Below, piece by piece: positions 1-8,826 of a stretch of DNA of 64,000 nucleotides. The DNA comes from a bacterium (GTDB lineage Bacteria; SAR324; NAC60-12): assembly GCA_965205865.1 (NCBI GenBank), contig CBDBHR010000027.1, positions 128,001 through 192,000 of the forward strand. Reading direction: 5' to 3'. The position numbers and the translations under genes were made by a program. How positions within the stretch are numbered: position 1 is the stretch's first letter; the number at the start of each line of letters is the position of its first letter. The notes beneath the pieces are model-generated. The model saw only the letters and a program-made list of their open reading frames with translations. It was not told where the DNA came from and ran no database searches.

Positions 1-1
1 A

Positions 2-316
2 GTCGATATCTGCGGGAGCATCGTTGACGTGCAATGCGGATCCGTGAGTCGTTACGAACCCTTTTGCATCTTCGAGATCCTTGATACCAACCGGTATTCC
101 GGCAAGCGGTCCCACCGCATCACCTCGTGCCAGACTTTTATCAATCGCGTCCGCCGTCTCGAGGGCTTTCTCGGGAGCCACTGCGCAGAACGCATTCAAA
201 GCGTCGTGCGCACTCTCGATGTTCTGTAATGCGCTCTCCACCATTTCACGGGCCGAGAGTTCTTTCAGGCGCAGGCGCTTTACCCAACCTTCCACGCTGT
301 TTGTTCTGAAATCCAT
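2..316 (-). CDS. Amidase-signature family protein, N-terminal part (runs off window start)
   Basis: Not in ORF track; manual translation MDFRTNSVEGWVKRLRLKELSAREMVESAL...LNAF...GPLAGIPVGIKDLED...TTHGS; AAGGAG RBS upstream of ATG at 316. Confidence 0.85.
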   Translation of the reverse strand, partial: MDFRTNSVEGWVKRLRLKELSAREMVESALQNIESAHDALNAFCAVAPEKALETADAIDKSLARGDAVGPLAGIPVGIKDLEDAKGFVTTHGSALHVNDAPADID

Positions 317-465
317 TGTTTTTCTCCTTTGATATGATCGTTACCACACACTCGCTGAGGAGATTTGTTTCATAGAGCCTCCTGTTCAGAGTTTTCTGAT
401 AGTTTAATATGATTGAATTTAACAGAATAGGAACAGAATTCAAATAACTAACCTGAGTTCAAGAT

Positions 466-740
466 CAATGGTTCTGACATTTTTTTTAATTCTTAATAAA
501 TTGAAAATAAATCATTTCAAATACTTAGAAAAAGTATCTGAATTATTTACAACTCTGAGTCAGTTTCTCAGTTTGAAATAATTCAAGCAATCCCGATGAC
601 TGTGTCATGCATGACTTGATCAGGCATCCAGGAGTTCTTTGGCAGGCCCCCTGGATTCCTGGGCAAGCCAGGAATGACATTAATTCTGTGTACGGAACAA
701 AGAATACTTCATAGGTATTTCAAAACTGTTAGAAGTATTG
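466..740. mobile_element. MITE family C nested in MITE A copy 1
   Basis: Imperfect TIRs CAATGGTTCTGACA / TGTTAGAAGTATTG (11/14); 7-bp TSD TCAAGAT (459-465, 741-747); absent from the other two family A copies. Confidence 0.85.
604..678. repeat. GTC-tagged REP-like palindromic doublet (inside MITE C)
   Basis: GTCATGCATGACTTGATCAGGCATCCAG ... CTGGATTCCTGGGCAAGCCAGGAATGAC. Confidence 0.8.
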
Positions 741-801
741 TCAAGATAAGAATTTAATAAATTCAATATTTTATGGAATCTTCATATCTTAGAGAAACCT
801 T

Positions 802-877
802 GTCATTCCTGCGAAAGCAGGAATCCGGAGATATGCAGCCAGACTGAAATCTGGATCCCCGCTTTCGCGAGGATGAC
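802..877. repeat. GTC-tagged REP-like palindromic doublet (inside MITE A copy 1)
   Basis: GTCATTCCTGCGAAAGCAGGAATCC ... GGATCCCCGCTTTCGCGAGGATGAC. Confidence 0.9.
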
Positions 878-1068
878 ATATACACTAGGATACTCATATT
901 ATTGAAGATTTATGTCGAACTCAGGTTAACTGATTGTCAGCGATGAATTGAGCAAATAACGTCTGAATGAGAGGTTACTGGAATGGAGCGAGCTCGTGTC
1001 CTGCGACACGAGCGGCGGGGAATTCCAGGACCTTTTGTTAAAATCCCGGCTTTGTTCTTTTAAAGATG

Positions 1069-1091
1069 AACCACGCCCTGAGGGCGTGGTT
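1069..1091. terminator. Strong hairpin downstream of the SBP pseudogene (terminator or IS200/IS605-type end remnant)
   Basis: AACCACGCCCT-G-AGGGCGTGGTT followed by TTGGTTGAC. Confidence 0.45.
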
Positions 1092-1132
1092 TTGGTTGAC
1101 CTCCGGAAGAGATGAAGAGGGTACGTAGGATG

Positions 1133-2910
1133 CTAGAAGCCCATTTCCTTCTTCAATTCCTGGTCGATCCAGAGGCGGACGTAGACGGCGTTCTTGTTCC
1201 AGACCCCCATATAGAATTCCCCGTTATGCCCTTTGAGCCAGGGCTGGGTGACGTTATACGAGGGTTCGACAGGCCCAAAGAGAGTCCAGTGCTGCGAAAC
1301 CGCGTACAGATCGGCCTCTTTGGAGGACTTCCCCAGCTCCTCCTGGGTGGTCGCGGCTTTCATGGCATCATAGAGGGCGTTATATTTGGGGTCATTAATT
1401 GGCCCACGGTTCCAGATGGTGTTGCCGTGGTAAAACGCAAACAGAGTACTTAAAGGGTGATAGGGGGTGGCCGCAACCCACCAGGTCATCCCTTCAAACT
1501 TATGCTCGCCAGCCCGCGAGTTATACTCTGCTGCTTCATAGAGCTTCAGTTCTGCCTTAACGCCAATTTTGCGCCAGTAATCGATGACGATTGCAAAATA
1601 ATCTGTATTGAAGGCAATGTAGATGATGCCATCCATTTTCGTCGTAAACCGAATGCCATCCGCGCCACGCGGGTAGCCGGCCTCATCCAGCAGCTTCTCT
1701 GCCGCCTTCGGGTCGTAGCGATAGCCCGCATTGATTTCCTCGGGCCATTGATCATAATGGATCGCAAACTGGGTCTGAAAATTCCCGATCTGCCCTTGCG
1801 GGGTCACCACGGCTAATCCTTTATAATAGCTCTGGTTGATGGTCTCGAGATCCACAGCCATCTGCAGGGCTTTGCGCACCCGGATATCGTTAAAGGGCGG
1901 CTTGCTCACTTTATAGGCCATACCGGCATTGGAGCGAAAATAATAAGGATACACTTTGAGGTCGGGATTGGTCCGCTGGAGGCTCTCCATCGCGTCGGGG
2001 GTTTTGATCGAAGAGCCCGCATTGTGACCGATATAATCCACCTTCCCCGAGCGCAGGGCTGCGAAGCGGGTTGCTTCATCCTTCATCACCAGGCTCCTCA
2101 AGGTGTCAACATAGGGCAAGCGGTTCGCGGATACTTTTCATCGGTACCCCAATAGTCCGGATTCTTGGTCCAGGTCAGCGAGTGGCCCTCGACCCAGTCG
2201 GTCAGCTCAAAGGGCCCAAAGCCGATCCAGGTCTCCTCCAATCCAGCCGTGTCACCGTGCATGCTTGATGACCTCATTGAGGTGATATCCAGGTAAAGTG
2301 TTCTTTCGACGAGAACCCGGAGCTCATCGAGGCGGGGCTTCTTCAACTGTAATGACGACCGTATATTTGTCCGTCGCACTCGGCTCCATTCGTATTCCTG
2401 CCATGTCAAGCAGACTGAAGATGGACGGTGAGGCATGGTGAAGCCACTGCCCGTTCCCGTCAAACGGCGATAGTTATATGCGTTACCACTACAAAGGGCC
2501 ATCCAGTTCGCAGCGTGTTGTAAGCGAGCTATCTTGCGCCATTGGACCCCAAGGCGGACTGTTGGCCCAAGATATACGTGAGGGGGTCTGGATTTTCCCA
2601 ACCCTCAGCCAGCGCTGGTACAATGTGATTTTTTGCCAGATACTCGTTTCTCAGGTTATCCATGTCTCCAGTCGACCGCCCAGTTGGCCATACTGAGTTT
2701 GTCAAGCACTGCCAATCGATGGAGTGAGCTATTTGGCGGCTCCCCATTGTTGAGCAACAGGTCAAGGTTCAAAAATAATGAGGTACTTCCTTCATCTTGC
2801 AAAGAGGGTGCGGTCCCAGACCATCTCTGCTGCAAGTTCAGCGGTCACTCTTTCTCCCTGCGTACGGCCATGAATGCTCAGGATGAGGGTCCTAACAACA
2901 AGTAATTCAC
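1133..2910 (-). pseudogene. Family 5 (peptide/nickel) ABC substrate-binding protein, multiply frameshifted
   Basis: C-terminal ORF 1133-2119 (PPFNDIRVRKALQMAVD, YDPKAAEKLLDEAGYP); 2098-2601 carries GFGPFELTDWVEGHSLTWTKNPDYW in another frame; 2529-2765 has LAEGWENPDPLTY; 5' limit approximate. Confidence 0.8.
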
Positions 2911-3025
2911 ATTGGTCTTGAAAACTCACACCCTTCCCAAGCGGGCTGCCTTTTTCACTTTTTGCCATTTTTGGGTTTCCAACAATCGAGACAAGATTCC
3001 CGGAGAGGATCGATCGTTTTCAAGT

Positions 3026-3321
3026 CCTCCCACGATATTGTTCAATCGATCGGAAACCCTCTTCTTTAAAAACACCTTAACGAAGACATAATTATAACAC
3101 ATTAAAATGTAATGTCAATCCCCTGATGTAAAATAAATTCGGGATTCGCAAAAAAAAAACAAAAAATCAATAAATCTACTCAAATCCGGGGACAGTCAGA
3201 AGCCGTTCAGTTCAATAACATTGAAAAAAGATTCCCGAGGAGGATCCATCATGTCACTTCCTCCCGCACCTATTTTGAATCGAACGGGCGGGAACCCTCC
3301 CACGATATTGTTCAATCGATC
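3026..3321. repeat. 26-bp exact direct repeat within a longer imperfect duplicated motif
   Basis: CCTCCCACGATATTGTTCAATCGATC at 3026-3051 and 3296-3321; both preceded by AGATTCCCG..AGGATC.ATC and followed by ACCCTCT..TAAAA. Confidence 0.75.
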
Positions 3322-3480
3322 AAGCGGGGGCACCCTCTCTTTCTCTAAAACAACAAGGCATGATTCTTCACTACTACGCGGCGCAAAGCCTATAGCAAGT
3401 TTGGATCAGGAGAATTGCGCAACAATGGAGGTCAGCCAGACGCTGCCTGCGGTTGACAAATAATGCCGTTTCATAGACTG

Positions 3481-3708
3481 TCATCGGCGTTTTTTTCGAT
3501 AGGGATAGGGGGTTAGCCTTCCCGCTTCTTCATATCCCTGGAGGACATTTTTCAGGATTTCGTAAGGCAGGTCCGGATTGGCTTCAACGATTTCTCCAAT
3601 TTCGGTTCAATACTCAATCTGTTTCGGAATCGAGCGTATATTCATCTTCGCGGCAACCCGCATTTTACTCAAAAAGGTATCATCCAGTTTAACTGACGTT
3701 GCTGACAT
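3481..3708 (-). pseudogene. ParD-like antitoxin with internal stop
   Basis: Manual translation MSATSVKLDDTFLSKMRVAAKMNIRSIPKQIEY*TEIGEIVEANPDLPYE...; TGA at 3607-3609 where the family has Trp; AGGAG RBS. Confidence 0.8.
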
Positions 3709-3836
3709 ATTTTCTCCTATAACTACTAAAAGTTAGTATTTAACTACTTTTTGTAGTATATCAGCAATGAAAAATAATGCGATCGATTACTTCTCACCAC
3801 TTGAATAGCATGGTCACTCAGCAACAGGATTGAATT

Positions 3837-4259
3837 TCAAGTCGCTTGGAGCAACTTCAAGGGTTTTTGTTTGAGTAGTTGATGGGTGGCCAGCAAGGCG
3901 GTCCCAATGTTGAGGAGACTGATGCCCACAATGCTGAAGAGGGTCATTTGCCAGGAAAAACTCCAGAGGCGTTCAAAAATGATATAGGAAATAACAAAGG
4001 ACATGCCATTGCTGAGAATAACCCCGAAAATGGCAGCAAACAATCCCAGAATGCCAAACTCGATTTGTACGATGAGACGCACGTCCTGAAAACGGGCTCC
4101 GAGGACTTTCAAGAGATTGATTTCCCAAAATCGATGTTGAATCTCGTAGCGGGCAATGGAAAACAAGACCACCAGCCCAACTAGAATGGAAAGGTAGGCC
4201 ATCACACGAATTGCCCAACTGATCTTCCCGAATTTTGTCAAAGGGATCCGGCTTGGCAT
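3837..4259 (-). pseudogene. C-terminal fragment of FtsX-like ABC permease
   Basis: EINLLKVLGA motif and three TM helices; N-terminal majority missing. Confidence 0.75.
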
Positions 4260-4313
4260 AATTGCTTACGCTGCCGACTCCGCAGGTTCCCCGTCGACAC
4301 AGACAAAAATTCA

Positions 4314-5234
4314 TCAACGGACACGAATGCGCGGGTCCAAAGCGTCACGAAGACCGTCACCGATGTAGTTCACGCTGAGCACGGTCAGTGAAATGGCCAG
4401 TCCCGGCCACAATATACGGGATGGCGCAATGGTGAGAAAGTTAATCCCGTTGTACAACAATCGACCCCAACTGGGGAAGTCCGAGGGAAAACCGAGTCCC
4501 AGGAAACTGAGCGCTGATTCGGTAATGATGGCGCTTGCCACTCCGAGTGTTGCCGAGACGATGATGGGGCTCGAGACGTTGGGCAGAATATGACGAAAGA
4601 TGACCCGCTGCCTATTGCTACCGGTAGCCTGCGCTGCCAGGATGAAATCCTGCTCCTTGAGCGCCAGCACGTCTCCGCGAACGATACGCGCGGTTTGCAT
4701 CCAACTCGTGATGCCGATGACGAACACCACCAAGAGGAAAATCCCCGTTTCCGGGCCGAACGCGTTACGCAGCGTCTCCCGAAACAGCATGATGATGACC
4801 AACAACAAAGGTAGCAAGGGTAAGGCGAGAAACAAATCGGTGAATCGCATCAAAGGTCCGTCCAGCACCCGGAAATAGCCTGCCAACAAGCCGATAAAGG
4901 TACCTAAAAACAAGGATATCAGCATGGCGGTGAATCCAACCGCAAGGGAAATGCGCCCACCCGCGAGTACTTGAGCGAGCATGTCCCGCCCCAGATTGTC
5001 GGTGCCGAAGGGATGCTGCCGGGAAGGCCCCTGGTTCCTGGCGGCAACGTCGAGATACTGCGGATCGACGACGCGCAAGCTGGGCCCGATGACGACGGCG
5101 AGTACTATTGCGAGGAATACCGTAATCCCAACCATCGCGCCGCCATGGGCTTTGAATTGCAGCCAGACGTCGGCCCAAAGTGAGCGATAGGCTTGTCCGG
5201 GTTCACCAGCGCCGGCCTGGATTTGATCAACCAT
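4314..5234 (-). CDS. Peptide ABC transporter permease (DppC/OppC-like)
   Basis: HPFGTDNLGRD, ARIVRGDVLALKEQDFILAAQATG, NYIGDGLRDALDP; ATG overlaps upstream gene end. Confidence 0.93.
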   Translation of the reverse strand: MVDQIQAGAGEPGQAYRSLWADVWLQFKAHGGAMVGITVFLAIVLAVVIGPSLRVVDPQYLDVAARNQGPSRQHPFGTDNLGRDMLAQVLAGGRISLAVGFTAMLISLFLGTFIGLLAGYFRVLDGPLMRFTDLFLALPLLPLLLVIIMLFRETLRNAFGPETGIFLLVVFVIGITSWMQTARIVRGDVLALKEQDFILAAQATGSNRQRVIFRHILPNVSSPIIVSATLGVASAIITESALSFLGLGFPSDFPSWGRLLYNGINFLTIAPSRILWPGLAISLTVLSVNYIGDGLRDALDPRIRVR

Positions 5235-6240
5235 AGCGAATCCTTGGATCCAGTATCCCATACGTCAGATCGGCGATGAGATTGAAGAGGACGATTAAAA
5301 CGGCGAATAAGAACGTCAGTGTTTGTACCAGAGGCAGGTCCGCGCCTTGAATCGCGATAATGAGAAGTTGCCCCAGTCCGTTGACGCGAAATATTTGCTC
5401 GGTAATGATGGCGCCCGCAAAAACCTGTGGCACTCCCAAAGCGATTACCGTTACCACCGGAATCAAGCTGTTTCGCAAGACGTGAACGAGGAGCACGGTC
5501 CGCTCGGGAAGTCCTTTGGAACGCGCGGCGCGCACATAATCCCGCTTCAGATTGTCCAGCATCGAAGCGCGCATGAAACGGCTCAGTTGGGCCGCGTTGT
5601 AGAGAGCCAGGACGGCAACCGGCATGATCATCTGTTTGCATTGGACGACGAAACTCGTCCAATCGCGGACCTGGTGGGTGGTGTCGTAGATGGACGGCAA
5701 CCAACCGAGTTGCACGCTGAAGATGATGATCAGCACGACACCCGTGAAAAAGGTAGGCACCGAGTAACCCACCATCGAAGTGAACGTACCGACCTGGTCG
5801 AAAATCGAATACTGCCTGTAGGCGGAAAGGATGCCTATCGGAACCGCAATCAGAATACCGACCAGGTAAGACAAACCCATCACCCAGAGCGTTTGCGGCA
5901 ATCGCTCCACGATGAGATCCACCACCGGACTACGCGTGGCCCAGGAGCGCACTCTCGGACGTCCGGCAGAGTCACCGATGCTCATCCCCGTCCAGCGTTC
6001 CAGAAAATTGAGAGGTTCGTTGATGATGAATTGTTCCAGCCACTTGATATAACGAAGGTGAAAAGGCTGGCCCAAGCCCAGGCTATGACGGATTTTCTCG
6101 CGCACCTCCGAGGGAATGGTCAATGGCAATTGACCCGTTGGATCTCCCGGTGCGAGATCCAAGAGGGCAAATACGATAAAACTGATGGCCAGCAAAGTGG
6201 GAACGGCGAATAACAAGCGTCGGATCGAATAACTCAGCAT
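5227..6240 (-). CDS. Peptide ABC transporter permease (DppB/OppB-like)
   Basis: LAPGDP, DYVRAARSKGL, HVLRNSLIP, NLIADLTYGILDPRI. Confidence 0.93.
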   Translation of the reverse strand: MLSYSIRRLLFAVPTLLAISFIVFALLDLAPGDPTGQLPLTIPSEVREKIRHSLGLGQPFHLRYIKWLEQFIINEPLNFLERWTGMSIGDSAGRPRVRSWATRSPVVDLIVERLPQTLWVMGLSYLVGILIAVPIGILSAYRQYSIFDQVGTFTSMVGYSVPTFFTGVVLIIIFSVQLGWLPSIYDTTHQVRDWTSFVVQCKQMIMPVAVLALYNAAQLSRFMRASMLDNLKRDYVRAARSKGLPERTVLLVHVLRNSLIPVVTVIALGVPQVFAGAIITEQIFRVNGLGQLLIIAIQGADLPLVQTLTFLFAVLIVLFNLIADLTYGILDPRIRYG

Positions 6241-6312
6241 GAATCCAGGATGGAAAGAAATTTCAATAAAGCGTTGGGGCCGAAACCCCAACCTACCCCG
6301 GTCCCTGTAAAG

Positions 6313-8004
6313 CTAGCGGATACGATGCCAGTCTTCGACGTTCCAGAGTTCCGCATCCCAGACATTGTGCTTGATTCCCCCCAGTGTCAAAACGTGGGCG
6401 GAAACGCGGCCACGATGAATGAGGGGGATGTGAGAACCATGGTCTACGAGCATGTCATTCATCCGCTTGACCAGGGCCACGCGTTTTTCCAGGGAAGCCG
6501 TCATGCTCATTTGCTCGACCAATTCGTCATATTCCTCATTGCAGTAGCGCGGAACGTTGCCGCCTTGCCATTGATTCTCGGGGCTGGGAATCTGGCTGCA
6601 GGTCCAATTGACCATATAGGGCTCCGGGTCGACGTTGAGGAAGAGGTTGGTGTACATCTGGACGTCGGCATAGAATTTCTGGTAGGTGTCGGGGTTTCCC
6701 GGATCGCTGCCGAAGAAAACCGAGCCACTGATGTTTTTCAGTTCCGTCTCCACGCCGATCCGTTGCCACATTTGCTTGATGAGCGCTTGCGTGTCCTGCC
6801 GCACGTTATTGGTCGAGGTCTGGTAGAGGATGGAGAGTCGCACGCCGTCTTGTTCCCGCACGCCATCCTCACCACGCTTCCAGCCCGCTTGGTCCAACAG
6901 CATGTTGGCCTTTTCGACGTCCTGCGTCTTGCACCAGTCATTGGTGGTGGAGACGTAGATGGCAGGAGCCGGTACGACGTTGCAGGTGACCTGTCCGGTA
7001 CGACCGTAACCCGTATCGACCAGGATCTGGCGATCGATGGCAAGCGAAAGGGCACGCCGCACTGCGGAATCCCCTAAAAATGGATGCCTGCCACCTTTCA
7101 GGGTCGAACGCATGTCGCCCAGCTCCGCATCCGGGTTGGAAAGATTCACTACCAAGCGTTCGACGGCGGTGCCGAATCCGGCAACGATCTTTCCCTTGTC
7201 CACCTTTTCCATTTGCAGCATCACTTCGGGTTCGATCTGCAGGTTCCAGGCGAAATCGAACTCCCCGGTTTCCAGCACCGAGCGGGCCGCAGAAGCTGCG
7301 TCTCCCCCTCCTTTCAGCAGCACCGTGGCAAAATGAGGTTTGCCCGCTTCACGGTATTGCTCGTTGGCGGCATAGAGAGCGACGTCGTTGGCGCGAAATT
7401 CCGTCACTTTGAAAGGTCCGGTACCGACGGGCCCGAAGTTTTGCTCCGTACATTCCAGGGCTTTCGTATCACCCAGACAGTCCTGAAACTGCGCTTTTTG
7501 CAGGATGGGTTCACCGGCGCTGACAAAGAGCTCGTAGGGAAAGGGCTTGGGGACCGAATAATTCACTTTGACCGTCAGATCATCGAGTTTCTCTACGGAT
7601 GAGACGTCCCGGTAACTGGCAGTGGCGCAACTCTCCATTTGCCTGCAATACTCAGCAGTGAATACCACGTCTTCCGCTGTAAAAGGCGTACCGTCGGACC
7701 AGACGATGCCAGCTTTCAACTTCCAGGTGATCGATTTCAAATCCCCGGCAGCCTGAGGTATCGCTTGCGCCAGCACGGGAACCATGTTTCCGTTTTCATC
7801 GAAATTGGCGAGGGGTTCCAGAACCAGGGAAGACGCTTCCGTATCTTTCGAGCCCCCGGATAGATAAGGGTTCAGAATGGAAGGCGCCTGCCAGTAGATG
7901 AGTTTGAGCTGACCGTCCGCGCCACGTTGCGCATGAGCGATGCTCGTCAACATCGCCATACCCGTCAGTATGGCCACAAAGGTCTTTTTCATATTCATAT
8001 ACAT
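6313..8004 (-). CDS. Peptide ABC transporter substrate-binding protein (family 5)
   Basis: Signal peptide, WSDGTPFTAEDVVFT, PVGTGPF, VRRALSLAIDR; AGGAG RBS. Confidence 0.93.
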   Translation of the reverse strand: MYMNMKKTFVAILTGMAMLTSIAHAQRGADGQLKLIYWQAPSILNPYLSGGSKDTEASSLVLEPLANFDENGNMVPVLAQAIPQAAGDLKSITWKLKAGIVWSDGTPFTAEDVVFTAEYCRQMESCATASYRDVSSVEKLDDLTVKVNYSVPKPFPYELFVSAGEPILQKAQFQDCLGDTKALECTEQNFGPVGTGPFKVTEFRANDVALYAANEQYREAGKPHFATVLLKGGGDAASAARSVLETGEFDFAWNLQIEPEVMLQMEKVDKGKIVAGFGTAVERLVVNLSNPDAELGDMRSTLKGGRHPFLGDSAVRRALSLAIDRQILVDTGYGRTGQVTCNVVPAPAIYVSTTNDWCKTQDVEKANMLLDQAGWKRGEDGVREQDGVRLSILYQTSTNNVRQDTQALIKQMWQRIGVETELKNISGSVFFGSDPGNPDTYQKFYADVQMYTNLFLNVDPEPYMVNWTCSQIPSPENQWQGGNVPRYCNEEYDELVEQMSMTASLEKRVALVKRMNDMLVDHGSHIPLIHRGRVSAHVLTLGGIKHNVWDAELWNVEDWHRIR

Positions 8005-8159
8005 TGTTTTCTCCTGTCAAGGGGTTATGGAAAATTACAACCGAACGTACCCGGTTCCATATCAATTAGCAAGAAAAAAGCCAGTGGATTTTCCGGGGGA
8101 GGCAAATAATGACAGTTTGCATTTGATTATTTGCGCTTCTGCGTTTTATGGTACCTCAT

Positions 8160-8340
8160 GTTACCGTGAAGAAAACTATCTAAACTACTGAAACTATATG
8201 GTTTGTTATTTTTCTTCATCCTCCGGTGTGAAAGCATAAGTTTTCATGAAGGTTACCGTGAAGAAAACTATCTAACCTACTGAAACTATATGGTTTGTTA
8301 TTTTTCTTCATCCTCCGGTGTGAAAATAATTTACATGAAG
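8160..8340. repeat. Tandem duplication of a ~90-bp unit (92 + 89 bp)
   Basis: Units 8160-8251 and 8252-8340 both begin GTTACCGTGAAGAAAACTATC and end CATGAAG; internal TGAAGAAAA/TTTTCTTCA inverted repeat. Confidence 0.9.
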
Positions 8341-8398
8341 GTTACGTGTATATTTTTTGCATTCAGCGGTTTCCATGAATACGCTTCCCCCACAAGTG

Positions 8399-8775
8399 TG
8401 TCATTCCTGGCGAAGACCAGGAATCCAGGAGTCGCCATCATGAAAACCTACTACGTTTATATCTTAGCAAGTAAAAGAAATGGCACTTTATATATTGGAG
8501 TGACCAATGATCTTCTTAGAAGAGTTTATGAACATAAAAACAATCTCATAGAAAGATTTACCAGTAAATACCAAGTACATCAATTGGTATACTATGAGAC
8601 CACTTCAGAGCTAACAGCTGCTCTCCGGAGAGAAAAACAACTTGAGAAATGGAAACGAGCTTGGACAATCGAACTCATTGAGAAAAATAATCCTCAATGG
8701 ATAGATTTATATGAAACGTTTTAGTCACCCTGGATCGCCAGCAAAGTGGATTGCTGGTCTTCGCCAGGAATGACA
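8399..8775. mobile_element. REP-GIY-YIG-REP cassette
   Basis: TGTCATTCCTGGCGAAGACCAGGAATCCA (8399-8427) inverted at 8747-8775 with one mismatch, bracketing the nuclease gene. Confidence 0.8.
8440..8724 (+). CDS. Stand-alone GIY-YIG nuclease (YhbQ/UPF0213-like), 94 aa
   Basis: YYVYILAS...LYIGVTNDLLRRVYEH...ALRREKQL; AGGAG 8 nt before ATG 8440. Confidence 0.92.
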   Translation: MKTYYVYILASKRNGTLYIGVTNDLLRRVYEHKNNLIERFTSKYQVHQLVYYETTSELTAALRREKQLEKWKRAWTIELIEKNNPQWIDLYETF

Positions 8776-8826
8776 ACTCGATGAGACGCATAACTGCAAA
8801 AATCGTTCACCTAACATCAGTTATAT

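Larger units (their letters stand above)
450..927. mobile_element. MITE family A, copy 1 (contains nested MITE C)
   Basis: Ends AACCTGAGTTCAA / TCGAACTCAGGTT; 4-bp TSD AACT (446-449, 928-931); body matches 14065-14282 and 43806-44039. Confidence 0.9.

Noticed and set aside
3026-3321. 26-bp repeat as a CRISPR array
   Set aside because: Only two exact copies 270 bp apart; no regular spacing.
3607-3609. TGA as selenocysteine or recoded Trp
   Set aside because: The position corresponds to Trp, not Cys, and TGA is used as a normal stop by many intact genes here.
5323-7602. Long plus-strand ORFs opposite the ABC operon (and similar ones at 17180-20164 and 39926-40762)
   Set aside because: Antisense shadows of well-supported genes; no motifs.
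8290-8439. 50-aa N-terminal extension of the GIY-YIG ORF
   Set aside because: Reads through the tandem repeat and REP arm; the RBS supports ATG 8440.
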